This document shows positions 1 to 7,676 of a stretch of 50,990 nt of DNA, piece by piece. Source of the stretch: a virus. The notes below the pieces were generated by a model. That model was not told where the DNA came from and ran no database searches. It saw only the letters and a list, made by a program, of their open reading frames with translations. Position numbers and translations under genes: made by a program. Each line of letters opens with the position of its first letter. The stretch's first letter is position 1. The stretch spans positions 1-50,990 of the IMG/VR virus record IMGVR_UViG_3300037851_000037. One strand, given 5' to 3'.

Positions 1-127
1 CGACCAGGGCGACCAGGGCGACCAGTCGCCGCCCGCGCCCGCGCCCGCGAAATCCCCGAAAAAGGGGAAAAGAAAAAGGGGTTAATCGATGATACAAACG
101 AAACAGGCGTTCGCCGTTCGGGATGAA
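1..127. repeat. Terminal direct repeat, identical to 50864..50990. Indicates closure of a circular or circularly permuted genome with a unique length of 50863 bp.
   Basis: Bases 1-127 (cgaccagggcgaccagggcgaccagtcgcc ... ggatgaa) recur base for base at 50864-50990. Bases 1-85 are the 3' end of the gene at 50625..50948. Confidence 0.95.
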
Positions 128-388
128 TCGACCGGGGGAGCGTTATCCCTGGTCCTGGATACCGGACAGTTTCCTAAAACTTCCCTGGAAATTTATGTCG
201 CGTCGTCCGACGGCGCGACGTTCGACATCCTGGGATCGATGGACGGCGTTACCTATCGAAAAACCGGCGAAATGATTTTAACCGTCGCCGGGGAAAAACA
301 TTCCGGTTTCGCGAACGCGTATCGTTACGTTAAAGTCGAAACCGACGCCGTAAACGATAACGTTATCGAAATCGTCGCCGGGGGTTAA
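89..388 (+). CDS. Small head-associated protein of unknown function, possibly a decoration or carbohydrate-binding-like beta protein
   Basis: 99-aa ORF with SD-like aaaagggg 8 nt upstream of the ATG. Codon bias matches the genome. It lies just downstream of the capsid gene on the circular map. Confidence 0.7.
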   Translation: MIQTKQAFAVRDESTGGALSLVLDTGQFPKTSLEIYVASSDGATFDILGSMDGVTYRKTGEMILTVAGEKHSGFANAYRYVKVETDAVNDNVIEIVAGG

Positions 389-389
389 T

Positions 390-1898
390 ATGCCGTATCC
401 AATAGGCGGGGGAAGTATTCAAGGAATTCGCGTTTCATCGACGCCGCCGGACGACGGACAGGCGTTAATTTACGATGGAATCGCGGACGAATATATCCCC
501 CAGGATGTCGCGACCGTCGGCGGGTTAAACATCCGGGGGGACTGGGACGCGAACGCGAACAGTCCTGACCTTACCATTCTGTCCCCGCCTGTCGGGGATT
601 ACTGGTATGTAAAGGTCGCCGGAACGACGAACCTAGGCGGGATTTCGTCCTGGTCCGTCGGCGATTACGCGGTTTCCCTGGGCGGGGGTTCCTGGTTAAA
701 GATTTCCAGTCCGGGCGGCGTTATAACGGTAAACGGACAAGCGGGAATCGTTGTCCTGGACGCCGACGACGTCGGCGCGGACCCGGCGGGAACGGCGTCG
801 GCGTCGATGTCCGCCCATACTTCCGCGTTCGTCCATTCCGACATCGCCTTGAATACCGCCGCCCGACATTCCCATACGAATAAAACGGAACTGGATAAAG
901 TAACCGACGGCGACCATGATGTCCGAACGGACAATCCCCATGCGACGACCGCCGTCCAGGTCGGCGCGGACCCGACCGGGACCGCCGCCGCCGCCGTCGC
1001 CGCCCATAATGCCGCGTTCGTTCATTCCGACATCGCGTTAAATACGGCGGCGCGACATTCCCATACGAACAAGGCGGAACTGGATAAGGTTACGGACGGC
1101 GACCACGATGTCCGAACCGATAACCCCCACGCGACGACCGCCGTCCAGGTCGGCGCGGACCCGACCGGGACCGCCGCCGCCGCCGTATCCGCCCACGATT
1201 CGGCGTATGTTCATACGGACATCGCGTTAAATTCCGCCGCCCGACATTCACAGGGGACGGACCAGGGACTAGATACCGGCGGACCGAACGCCGTAACCGC
1301 GTCCCAGGCGAAACAGGGTTACACTCATTCCGGGACGACCGGGAACCCTCATTCGACGACAAAGTCGGACATCGGACTGGGGAACGTAACGGACGACGCC
1401 CAGTTAAAACGCGCCGACGGCGACATCGCGTCGTTTACCGAAAAAATGTCCGTTGTCGGGGACGACCTGTTTTTAATCGAAGATTCCGCCGCGTCGAACG
1501 CGAAAAAGAAAGTCAAGGCGTCGACATTAAGCGTCGACGGAAAAAAGCGGGTCCTGTCCTTTTCCTGGGCGGGGTCCGGTCCATATATCGGCGTAACGAC
1601 GACAACATACGCGATTGTTTCGCGTTTCCAGTTCGACGGAACGGATTTACTGGGGACGATTAAAAAAATAACCGCCCTGGTCGCGCGGTCGGCGGGCGCG
1701 TCGATGGACATCCGAATTTATGACGGAACAAACGCGAAAGTTATCGCCGAATATATTGGGATAACGTCGACGTTATTTATTATCCAGGATTTAGGGACCG
1801 TCGGAAATGTCCCGACCGGACCGGCGATTTTCGAAGTCCATTTACGGGGAACCACCGGGACAGCCGCGCGGGTCGCCGGGGTTCAAATAGACCTGTAA
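390..1898 (+). CDS. Fibre protein (head or neck fibre by position) with 63-aa tandem repeats carrying HxH motifs
   Basis: 502-aa ORF whose start lies 1 nt after the upstream TAA. It has 2.5 repeats of GADPxGTAxxAxxAHxxAFVHSDIALNTAARHSHTNKxELDKVTDGDHDVRTDNPHATTAVQV, a pattern typical of phage fibre shafts. Confidence 0.75.
   Translation: MPYPIGGGSIQGIRVSSTPPDDGQALIYDGIADEYIPQDVATVGGLNIRGDWDANANSPDLTILSPPVGDYWYVKVAGTTNLGGISSWSVGDYAVSLGGGSWLKISSPGGVITVNGQAGIVVLDADDVGADPAGTASASMSAHTSAFVHSDIALNTAARHSHTNKTELDKVTDGDHDVRTDNPHATTAVQVGADPTGTAAAAVAAHNAAFVHSDIALNTAARHSHTNKAELDKVTDGDHDVRTDNPHATTAVQVGADPTGTAAAAVSAHDSAYVHTDIALNSAARHSQGTDQGLDTGGPNAVTASQAKQGYTHSGTTGNPHSTTKSDIGLGNVTDDAQLKRADGDIASFTEKMSVVGDDLFLIEDSAASNAKKKVKASTLSVDGKKRVLSFSWAGSGPYIGVTTTTYAIVSRFQFDGTDLLGTIKKITALVARSAGASMDIRIYDGTNAKVIAEYIGITSTLFIIQDLGTVGNVPTGPAIFEVHLRGTTGTAARVAGVQIDL
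774..1250 (+). repeat. 189-bp tandem repeat (about 2.5 copies starting at 774, 963 and 1152) inside the fibre gene
   Basis: ggcgcggacccg... recurs with an exact 189-bp period. Copies differ mostly at synonymous positions. Confidence 0.9.
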
Positions 1899-1908
1899 AG
1901 GGGAAAGT

Positions 1909-2082
1909 ATGTCGACAGAATACGATTGTCGAAAAGTATGCGAAACTGAAACCGGCGACGGTAAAGGTTTCCATTTTTACCGATGGACGGATGTCGATGT
2001 TACCGACGAATCGACCCCCTGTCCCGACCATCCGACGGCGGCGACCAGGGATTTCGTTATCGAAGAAAAACGGACGACGTAA
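1909..2082 (+). CDS. Small Cys-containing protein (57 aa) of unknown function
   Basis: Not in the ORF track because it is under 60 aa. ATG at 1909 is preceded by a strong SD (taaaggggaaagtATG). Genome-typical codons. Its stop overlaps the next start (TAATG). Confidence 0.5.
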   Translation: MSTEYDCRKVCETETGDGKGFHFYRWTDVDVTDESTPCPDHPTAATRDFVIEEKRTT

Positions 2083-2282
2083 TGGGCGGACTGTCGCAAG
2101 GCGCGAACCCTGTCGACGCGTTATTCCCGCGCGGGAATTTAACCTGTCCCGATTGCGGTAAACGTTACGACCGCGCGCCGCGCGTCGTCCTGGGGAAAGA
2201 CCCTGGACCGCGATGTACTTGCGGGGGTCGACTGAAAATCGGAAACGCCGCCCCGAAACCGGCGGCGAAAAAGGGTCGATAA
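2082..2282 (+). CDS. Small zinc-ribbon protein (66 aa)
   Basis: Internal ATG of the track ORF 1983..2282, coupled by TAATG to the upstream ORF. Contains CPDCG...CTCGG and a basic tail. Confidence 0.5.
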   Translation: MGGLSQGANPVDALFPRGNLTCPDCGKRYDRAPRVVLGKDPGPRCTCGGRLKIGNAAPKPAAKKGR

Positions 2283-3083
2283 ATGGGCGCGATAAAGGAA
2301 CGACTGGACATTACTTTACAGGACGTTCGTTCCTGGTTACGGATTTCCTGGTCCTTAACCGGCGACCTTGTCGTTACCGTCCTGTCCCCGGTCGTCGTCG
2401 GACAGGTTTTCACCTTGCGCGCGACATCGGCGGCGGTCGATTTCGACCGGACGTATTCCATAACGGCGGCGTCGACATCGGCGAACGACATCGCCGTCGC
2501 GATGGTCGCCGCGATTATATCCGACCATCCTGTCGGACAGTTTTCCGCCGTCGCCCTGGGGAACGGAAAGTACAAGTTAACCGCCGCGTCCCCGTTCGAT
2601 TTAATCTTTTCCCGGGGACAGAAAACCGACCCCCAGGTAAACCAGTCCGACCTTGTCCTGTCCGCCCTGTTATCCGCCGCCCTGGATATGGCGGACGAAT
2701 ACTGTAATAACGAATTCCTGGACGATTCCGGCGAACCGGAAACCATCCCCGACGCCGTCCGCCTGGGGGTTTTACAGATTGTCGACGCCCTTTATATGGA
2801 TTACGTTACCAGTTCGGCGGCGACATCCGGGTCCGGCGCGCCCGCCGGACCAGTCAAGTCGAAAAAGGCGGGCGATTTACAGGTTACATACGCGACCCCG
2901 TCGGAAATGTCCGCCGCCCTGGGCGCGCGCGGACTGTCCGATTTACCGTCGTTCGTTCAAACCATTTTAGCGATGTATCGGTTCCATCCGGGGAACGACG
3001 CGCCGCGCGCCGCGCGGACCGCGCCGCCGGGGTTATCGAATCAGCCGATTATGACCGATACAGGGGAAACGTCGGACGAATGA
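2283..3083 (+). CDS. Head-tail connector/adaptor (gp6-like) with an inserted domain
   Basis: 266 aa. The N-terminal DITLQDVRSWLRIS and the later ALDMADEYCNNEF...IPDAVRLGVLQIVDALY resemble the gp6-like head-tail connector pattern. Confidence 0.65.
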   Translation: MGAIKERLDITLQDVRSWLRISWSLTGDLVVTVLSPVVVGQVFTLRATSAAVDFDRTYSITAASTSANDIAVAMVAAIISDHPVGQFSAVALGNGKYKLTAASPFDLIFSRGQKTDPQVNQSDLVLSALLSAALDMADEYCNNEFLDDSGEPETIPDAVRLGVLQIVDALYMDYVTSSAATSGSGAPAGPVKSKKAGDLQVTYATPSEMSAALGARGLSDLPSFVQTILAMYRFHPGNDAPRAARTAPPGLSNQPIMTDTGETSDE

Positions 3084-3589
3084 AAAACGGCGAAACCATA
3101 GAGGTCGGCGAAGAATATAAAAAGTTCACCGACGAATTACGAAAAGAGGTTAAAGGGTCGTATGTCGACGTCGGCGTTTTCGGCGGGACGAACGAAAAAA
3201 CCGGCGACTCGATTTTACGATACGCGGTCGTTAACGAATTCGGATGGGAAATTCGGAACCCCAGGTCCGGCGGTTCGACCATCGTTATTCCGTCCCGTCC
3301 TTTTATGCGACGGACCGCCGACGATAACCTTGAAAAATATGCCGATATGTTAAAGGACGGACTGGAACGAATCGGCGCGGGGATTGAAAAAACCGCCGGG
3401 GTTTTAACGCGGGTCGGAATCAAGATTCGCGGGGACATTCAAGCGAACATCCGGGACGGTAACTGGGAACCGAACGCCTTGTCGACCATCGAACGGAAAC
3501 GCGGGTCGACCCGTCCGTTAATTGATACCGGGACGTTACGAAAATCGATTTCGTTTAAACTGGACAAGGGGACCGCGACGAAATGGTAA
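3080..3589 (+). CDS. HK97 gp10-like head-tail joining / tail completion protein
   Basis: 169 aa with an ATGA overlap to the upstream gene. The motif AVVNEFGW...IPSRPFMRRTAD matches the HK97-gp10 family signature (NEFG...RPF). Confidence 0.7.
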   Translation: MKNGETIEVGEEYKKFTDELRKEVKGSYVDVGVFGGTNEKTGDSILRYAVVNEFGWEIRNPRSGGSTIVIPSRPFMRRTADDNLEKYADMLKDGLERIGAGIEKTAGVLTRVGIKIRGDIQANIRDGNWEPNALSTIERKRGSTRPLIDTGTLRKSISFKLDKGTATKW

Positions 3590-3954
3590 ACGAGGCGTTA
3601 CCAGGATTTACCGAACCCGTCCAGGTTAAACGATGGACGACCCCGGTCGTCCGGGAAAAGGGTCGGGTTTTAATGCCGAACGACGGCGTCCCCGACGAAA
3701 CGTTTACCATTGACGCGTCCGTTCAACAAGCGCGCGCGGACGAAATCCAGGCGCGCCCGGACTTGAAACTGGAACGGACCGGGGAAGTTAAAAAACTATA
3801 TACGACGACCCGGTTAAAAACGGTCGACAATTCCGAACAAACGCCCGCCGATGTCGTCGTATGGAACGGGGACGAATGGCGGGTTATCGGGGTCGATTTT
3901 TACGGACAAGGGATTTTAGACCATTACCGGGTTTTTATTCAAAGGGCGGTATAA
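3583..3954 (+). CDS. Neck/tail-completion protein, assigned by position only
   Basis: 123-aa ORF overlapping the upstream gene by 7 nt. It sits in the structural operon between adaptor and sheath genes. Confidence 0.6.
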   Translation: MVNEALPGFTEPVQVKRWTTPVVREKGRVLMPNDGVPDETFTIDASVQQARADEIQARPDLKLERTGEVKKLYTTTRLKTVDNSEQTPADVVVWNGDEWRVIGVDFYGQGILDHYRVFIQRAV

Positions 3955-4229
3955 TGGACAAGGTCCGGGTTTTAAATAAAACTTGTGGGGGTTTCGCGTA
4001 TGGTCGGGACTTTATCATTCGACCGAACGCGGAATCGACCGTCGACCGGGCGACCTGGGAACGGTTTAAACAGTTCCCCCATATCGCCCCGAAAATCGCG
4101 TCCGGCGACCTTGTCGAACTGGTCCCGGTAACATTAAAGGTCGTCCCCGATGTCCAGGACCAGGAACCCCCGACGGACGACGACCAGGAACCCCCACGTA
4201 AACCGCGCCGGAAAAAGGTTCGAAAGTGA
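3954..4229 (+). CDS. Small structural-module protein (91 aa) with an acidic/Pro-rich region and a basic C-terminus
   Basis: In-frame ATG at 3954 coupled by TAATG to the upstream stop. The longer track ORF (3861) would overlap the upstream gene by 94 nt. Confidence 0.55.
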   Translation: MDKVRVLNKTCGGFAYGRDFIIRPNAESTVDRATWERFKQFPHIAPKIASGDLVELVPVTLKVVPDVQDQEPPTDDDQEPPRKPRRKKVRK

Positions 4230-5038
4230 AAATCGGCGATTTAAAGGACCGTTTATGGGACTGGATTAACGCGTCGACCGGACTGGACGCGTCCTGGTCG
4301 TATCAGCCCGCCCAGGACGGAACCGCGTCCGCGCCGCGTCCGGCGGGTTATCCGTTCGCGACCCTGGAATTACTGTCCCGTCGCCGGGTCGGGGAACGGG
4401 AAATAATCGGTCCCCCGCCGAACGGCGAATCGGAACTGTTCAAAGTCCGGCGACAGGTCGAATTTACCGTATCCCTGTCCATTTACGGCGACGACGCCGG
4501 GGATTATATTGACAAGGCGATTCGTTACCTTGATTCCCAGGGCGTAAACGGGGACCTGTCCCGCGCCCAGGTCGACCGGGTTCGGGTCGACGTCGTCGTC
4601 GATGATTCGGATTATTCATTAACCATTAACGGCGAACCCGTCCTGGTTCATTCGGGAACCCCCGCGTCCGCCGACGACATTCGGGACGCGTTCGTTACCG
4701 CGATAAATTTGACATTCCCGAACGTAACATCGAACGCGGCGGGGGACCCCGGCGAATTCGACGTAACGTCGAAATTACCGGGAATCGAATTCACCCTGGG
4801 ACTGGAAACCCGTTTAATCCTGGTCGAACATACGAACGCGGTTTCCCTGGTATACTTGCGGACGGACGCGGAAACGGACCTGTCCGCCCTGGTCGATACG
4901 ACCTGGGAAAACCGCGCGGTTTCTGATATAATATTCGGGACGGAATCGGTTTTCGACGATGAACCCGGCGTTATCGAATCGGTCGAAATAACGGACGGAA
5001 TAACCGACGAAACGTTTAACATTAACCTGGGAGATTAA
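4226..5038 (+). CDS. Structural protein upstream of the sheath (tail terminator or sheath-initiator position); function unknown
   Basis: 270-aa ORF with a GTG start overlapping the upstream TGA (GTGA). Genome-typical codons. Confidence 0.6.
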   Translation: MKIGDLKDRLWDWINASTGLDASWSYQPAQDGTASAPRPAGYPFATLELLSRRRVGEREIIGPPPNGESELFKVRRQVEFTVSLSIYGDDAGDYIDKAIRYLDSQGVNGDLSRAQVDRVRVDVVVDDSDYSLTINGEPVLVHSGTPASADDIRDAFVTAINLTFPNVTSNAAGDPGEFDVTSKLPGIEFTLGLETRLILVEHTNAVSLVYLRTDAETDLSALVDTTWENRAVSDIIFGTESVFDDEPGVIESVEITDGITDETFNINLGD

Positions 5039-5043
5039 AGAAA

Positions 5044-6438
5044 ATGGGCGACATTAACAATTTCGTAAAGGTCGTAATCCGGTTACAAACCGGGGGAGTT
5101 ACGCGCGTCGGGTTCGGGACCGCGTTAATCCTGGGCGAACATACCGCGTTCGCTGACCGAATCAAGTTTTATTCCGACCTGTCCGATATGTCCGACGATG
5201 GACTGGACGACAGCCACGGAACGAACGGCGGGTTAGTCTATAACGCCGCCGCCGCGATGTTTTCGCAACGTCCGCGACCGGACCGAATCGCCGTCGGGCG
5301 GGTCCAGGTTAACGGAATCAAGGCGACCGTCCTTAACGCGGTAGAGGGTCGGGAATATAAGGCGACTTTGGACGGGACGGATTACACTTACACCGCCGTA
5401 ACCGGGGACGACGCCGACGACATCGCCGCCGGAATCGCCGCCTTGTTAAACGCGGTTTCCGGGTTTACGTCGGCGGGCGTCGGGACCGGCGGGGAATATA
5501 CCCTGGTCCTGGATACGCCCGGAACGTTTTTCCAGTTCGCGGTCGACGACAATCAAACCGCCGCGCCCGCCGCGTCGGGGAACGAAGATTTCGACGACGC
5601 CCTGGTCGCCGTCCAGGATTCGTCCGACGACTGGTATGGACTGGTTATTACGTCGCGCGGCGGCACCGTCCAGGAAGCGGTCGCCGACGCGGTCGAGGCG
5701 ATGGAAAGTCCGAAATTTTTCCGCCTTGCGTCGAATGACGGGGACATTATAAATTCGACCCCGGCGGACGATACGACATCAATCGCGCGCCTGTTACAGT
5801 TAAAGGCGTTAAATCGGTCGTCCGTTATCTATCATTCGAAAGCGGACGGAACGATGGACGACGAATTTATCGACGCCGCCTGGACCGCGATGTCCCTGGG
5901 GTTCGACCCCGATGTCGAAACCGCGACGGACAAGTTTAAAACCCTGGTCGGGATTACACCGGACGACCTGTCCGCGACCCAAAGGGCGAACGCAATCGGA
6001 ACCGAGGAATCGCCGACGTCCGGGAAAAACGCGAACGTTTATACCACGGTCGCCGGAAAGAATATCACCCAGTCGGGGATGACCGCGTCCGGCGAATGGA
6101 ACGACATCATTTTCGGCGCGGACTGGTTAAAGGTCCGAATCGAGGAACGGATTTTTAACGCGTTCGTTCGGAACCCGAAGTTACCGTATACGAACGGCGG
6201 AATACTCGCAATCGTCGGCGAAATCCGCGCCCAGTTACAGATCGGACAGCGGACCCAGTTTTTAGCGTTCGACGAACAATGGGATAAAACGTTCGGGTTC
6301 CTGTTAACGTATCCCGACGTTTCCCAGGTCGATTCCATCGACAAGGCGAACCGTATCTTAAAGGGGATTTCGTTTACCGCGACGGTCGCGGGCGCAATCC
6401 ACGCCGCGAAACCCATCAACGGAACGTTAGTTCCGTAA
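5044..6438 (+). CDS. Contractile tail sheath protein (DUF3383-like)
   Basis: 464 aa. The N-terminus MGDINNFVKVVIRLQTGGVTRVGFGTALILGEH resembles DUF3383-type sheath proteins. It is followed by tube, chaperone and tape-measure genes and by a strong hairpin. Confidence 0.7.
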   Translation: MGDINNFVKVVIRLQTGGVTRVGFGTALILGEHTAFADRIKFYSDLSDMSDDGLDDSHGTNGGLVYNAAAAMFSQRPRPDRIAVGRVQVNGIKATVLNAVEGREYKATLDGTDYTYTAVTGDDADDIAAGIAALLNAVSGFTSAGVGTGGEYTLVLDTPGTFFQFAVDDNQTAAPAASGNEDFDDALVAVQDSSDDWYGLVITSRGGTVQEAVADAVEAMESPKFFRLASNDGDIINSTPADDTTSIARLLQLKALNRSSVIYHSKADGTMDDEFIDAAWTAMSLGFDPDVETATDKFKTLVGITPDDLSATQRANAIGTEESPTSGKNANVYTTVAGKNITQSGMTASGEWNDIIFGADWLKVRIEERIFNAFVRNPKLPYTNGGILAIVGEIRAQLQIGQRTQFLAFDEQWDKTFGFLLTYPDVSQVDSIDKANRILKGISFTATVAGAIHAAKPINGTLVP

Positions 6439-6468
6439 CCTGGGCGGCGTAGTCTACGGAAATAAATC

Positions 6469-6500
6469 GGGCGGGGGGACAAAGGTCGTTCCCCCCGCCC
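6469..6500 (+). terminator. Hairpin (probable intrinsic terminator or attenuator) after the sheath gene
   Basis: gggcgggggga (6469-6479) pairs with tccccccgccc (6490-6500) in an 11-bp GC stem with a 10-nt loop. Only TT follows. Confidence 0.55.
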
Positions 6501-6525
6501 TTAACGAAAAACAAGGGGTTTAAAA

Positions 6526-6936
6526 ATGCCGACCTATAATCCGAAAGACATCGTCGTTACGGTAAACGGAATTCCCGTTACCGGGTTCGCGGACGGAACC
6601 GACGTTATCCTGGTCGAATACGATACCGATTTCGTTTCCGACGCCGTCGGCGTTACGGGCGAATCGGCGTTTATCGAAAATAACGACCGGCGCGCGAACG
6701 TTACTTTGAAGTTAATGGCGACATCGTCGTTTAACGACGTCCTGTCCGCCCTGTCCGCCGGAAACGTCGAATTCGCGATGTCGTTAACCGACGCGCGCGG
6801 AACGACCATCGGCGCGTCCCCCGCCTGTCGCGTTAAAAAACTTCCGACCGTCCAGTTCGGTAACGAAATCGGGACAAGGGAATGGGAAATCCGCGCCCTG
6901 GATATGGTCCTGAATGTCGGCGGAAATATCAGTTAA
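6526..6936 (+). CDS. Tail tube protein (DUF3277-like)
   Basis: 136 aa. MPTYNPKDIVVTVNGIPVTGFADGTDV... is typical of the DUF3277 tube family. The position directly after the sheath gene and the SD caaggggtttaaaaATG support the call. Confidence 0.7.
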   Translation: MPTYNPKDIVVTVNGIPVTGFADGTDVILVEYDTDFVSDAVGVTGESAFIENNDRRANVTLKLMATSSFNDVLSALSAGNVEFAMSLTDARGTTIGASPACRVKKLPTVQFGNEIGTREWEIRALDMVLNVGGNIS

Positions 6937-6963
6937 CGCCCAGGCGCGTCGACGACAAAATGA

Positions 6964-6992
6964 ACGCGGGGGAACGGCGGTTTCCCCCGCGT
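6964..6992 (+). terminator. Hairpin followed by a T-run after the tube gene
   Basis: acgcgggggaa (6964-6974) pairs with ttcccccgcgt (6982-6992). A downstream ...aacttttttaa tract follows. Confidence 0.6.
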
Positions 6993-7020
6993 GAATAACT
7001 TTTTTAAAGGGGGAACGTAA

Positions 7021-7497
7021 ATGGATACCAGTCCATTATTTGAAAAGAAAACGCGCGTAATCGACGGAACCGAATATACCGTCGTCCTGTTTCCCGCCGG
7101 TCGGGGTTTCGAATTACTTTTCGATTTAAAAACTATCGCGGGCGATTCCATCGGGTCGTTATTCGGCGGGAACGTCGAATCGGCGATTACGAAAATCGGC
7201 GGCGGTATGGGGAAGTCCGAAATCCTGGAATTCGTTTTACGCCTTTTGGAATTTACGTTCCCCCCTGGACAAACGCAAGGGTTTAACCGACAGCGTTTCG
7301 ACGCCCATTTCGCGGGTCGTTACGGACATTTGTTAAAGGTCCTGGGGTTCGTAATCGAGGTTAACTTTACCGATTTTTTCGACGAATTGAGGACAGGATT
7401 AGTCGACTTAACCGGGAAGTTCGACAAAATGATGGAACAGGCGGGGGCGACGGTAACGGCGGCGGCGGGTTTATCATCCCTGAAACCGCCCGCGTAA
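7021..7497 (+). CDS. Tail assembly chaperone (gpG-like, zero-frame product)
   Basis: 158-aa ORF between the tube and tape-measure genes. SD aaagggggaacgtaaATG. A slippery heptamer lies 22 nt before its stop. Confidence 0.75.
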   Translation: MDTSPLFEKKTRVIDGTEYTVVLFPAGRGFELLFDLKTIAGDSIGSLFGGNVESAITKIGGGMGKSEILEFVLRLLEFTFPPGQTQGFNRQRFDAHFAGRYGHLLKVLGFVIEVNFTDFFDELRTGLVDLTGKFDKMMEQAGATVTAAAGLSSLKPPA

Positions 7498-7676
7498 AAT
7501 GGTTTATTTATCGAATCGCCCTGGAAAAAGGGTTCGATGTCGCGACCGTCGAACGGACCTGGACGATGGACCAAGTTTTGACAGTAAACGAAATCCTGGA
7601 CGCCCAGGACGACGCCGCGCGGAAACAGGCGGACGGGATTAAAAAGGAAATCGACAAAGGGAAAAGGCGGCGATAA
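7021..7676 (+). CDS. Tail assembly chaperone frameshift fusion (gpGT-like), join(7021..7473,7473..7676)
   Basis: The -1 frame encodes ...IIPETARVKWFIYRIALEKGFDVATVERTWTMDQVLTVNEILDAQDDAARKQADGIKKEIDKGKRRR* with genome-typical codons. Its stop overlaps the tape-measure start (TAATG). No good independent start exists in this frame. Confidence 0.6.
7467..7473 (+). promoter_or_regulatory. Programmed -1 ribosomal frameshift slippery heptamer G_GGT_TTA
   Basis: In the zero frame the sequence reads (GC)G GGT TTA, which is X_XXY_YYZ. The -1 frame stays open from here to the TAA at 7674-7676. Confidence 0.65.

Noticed and set aside
1983-2081. Upstream part of the track ORF 1983..2282
   Set aside because: It overlaps the better-supported SD-preceded small ORF 1909..2082 in another frame. 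The ATG at 2082 is stop-start coupled.
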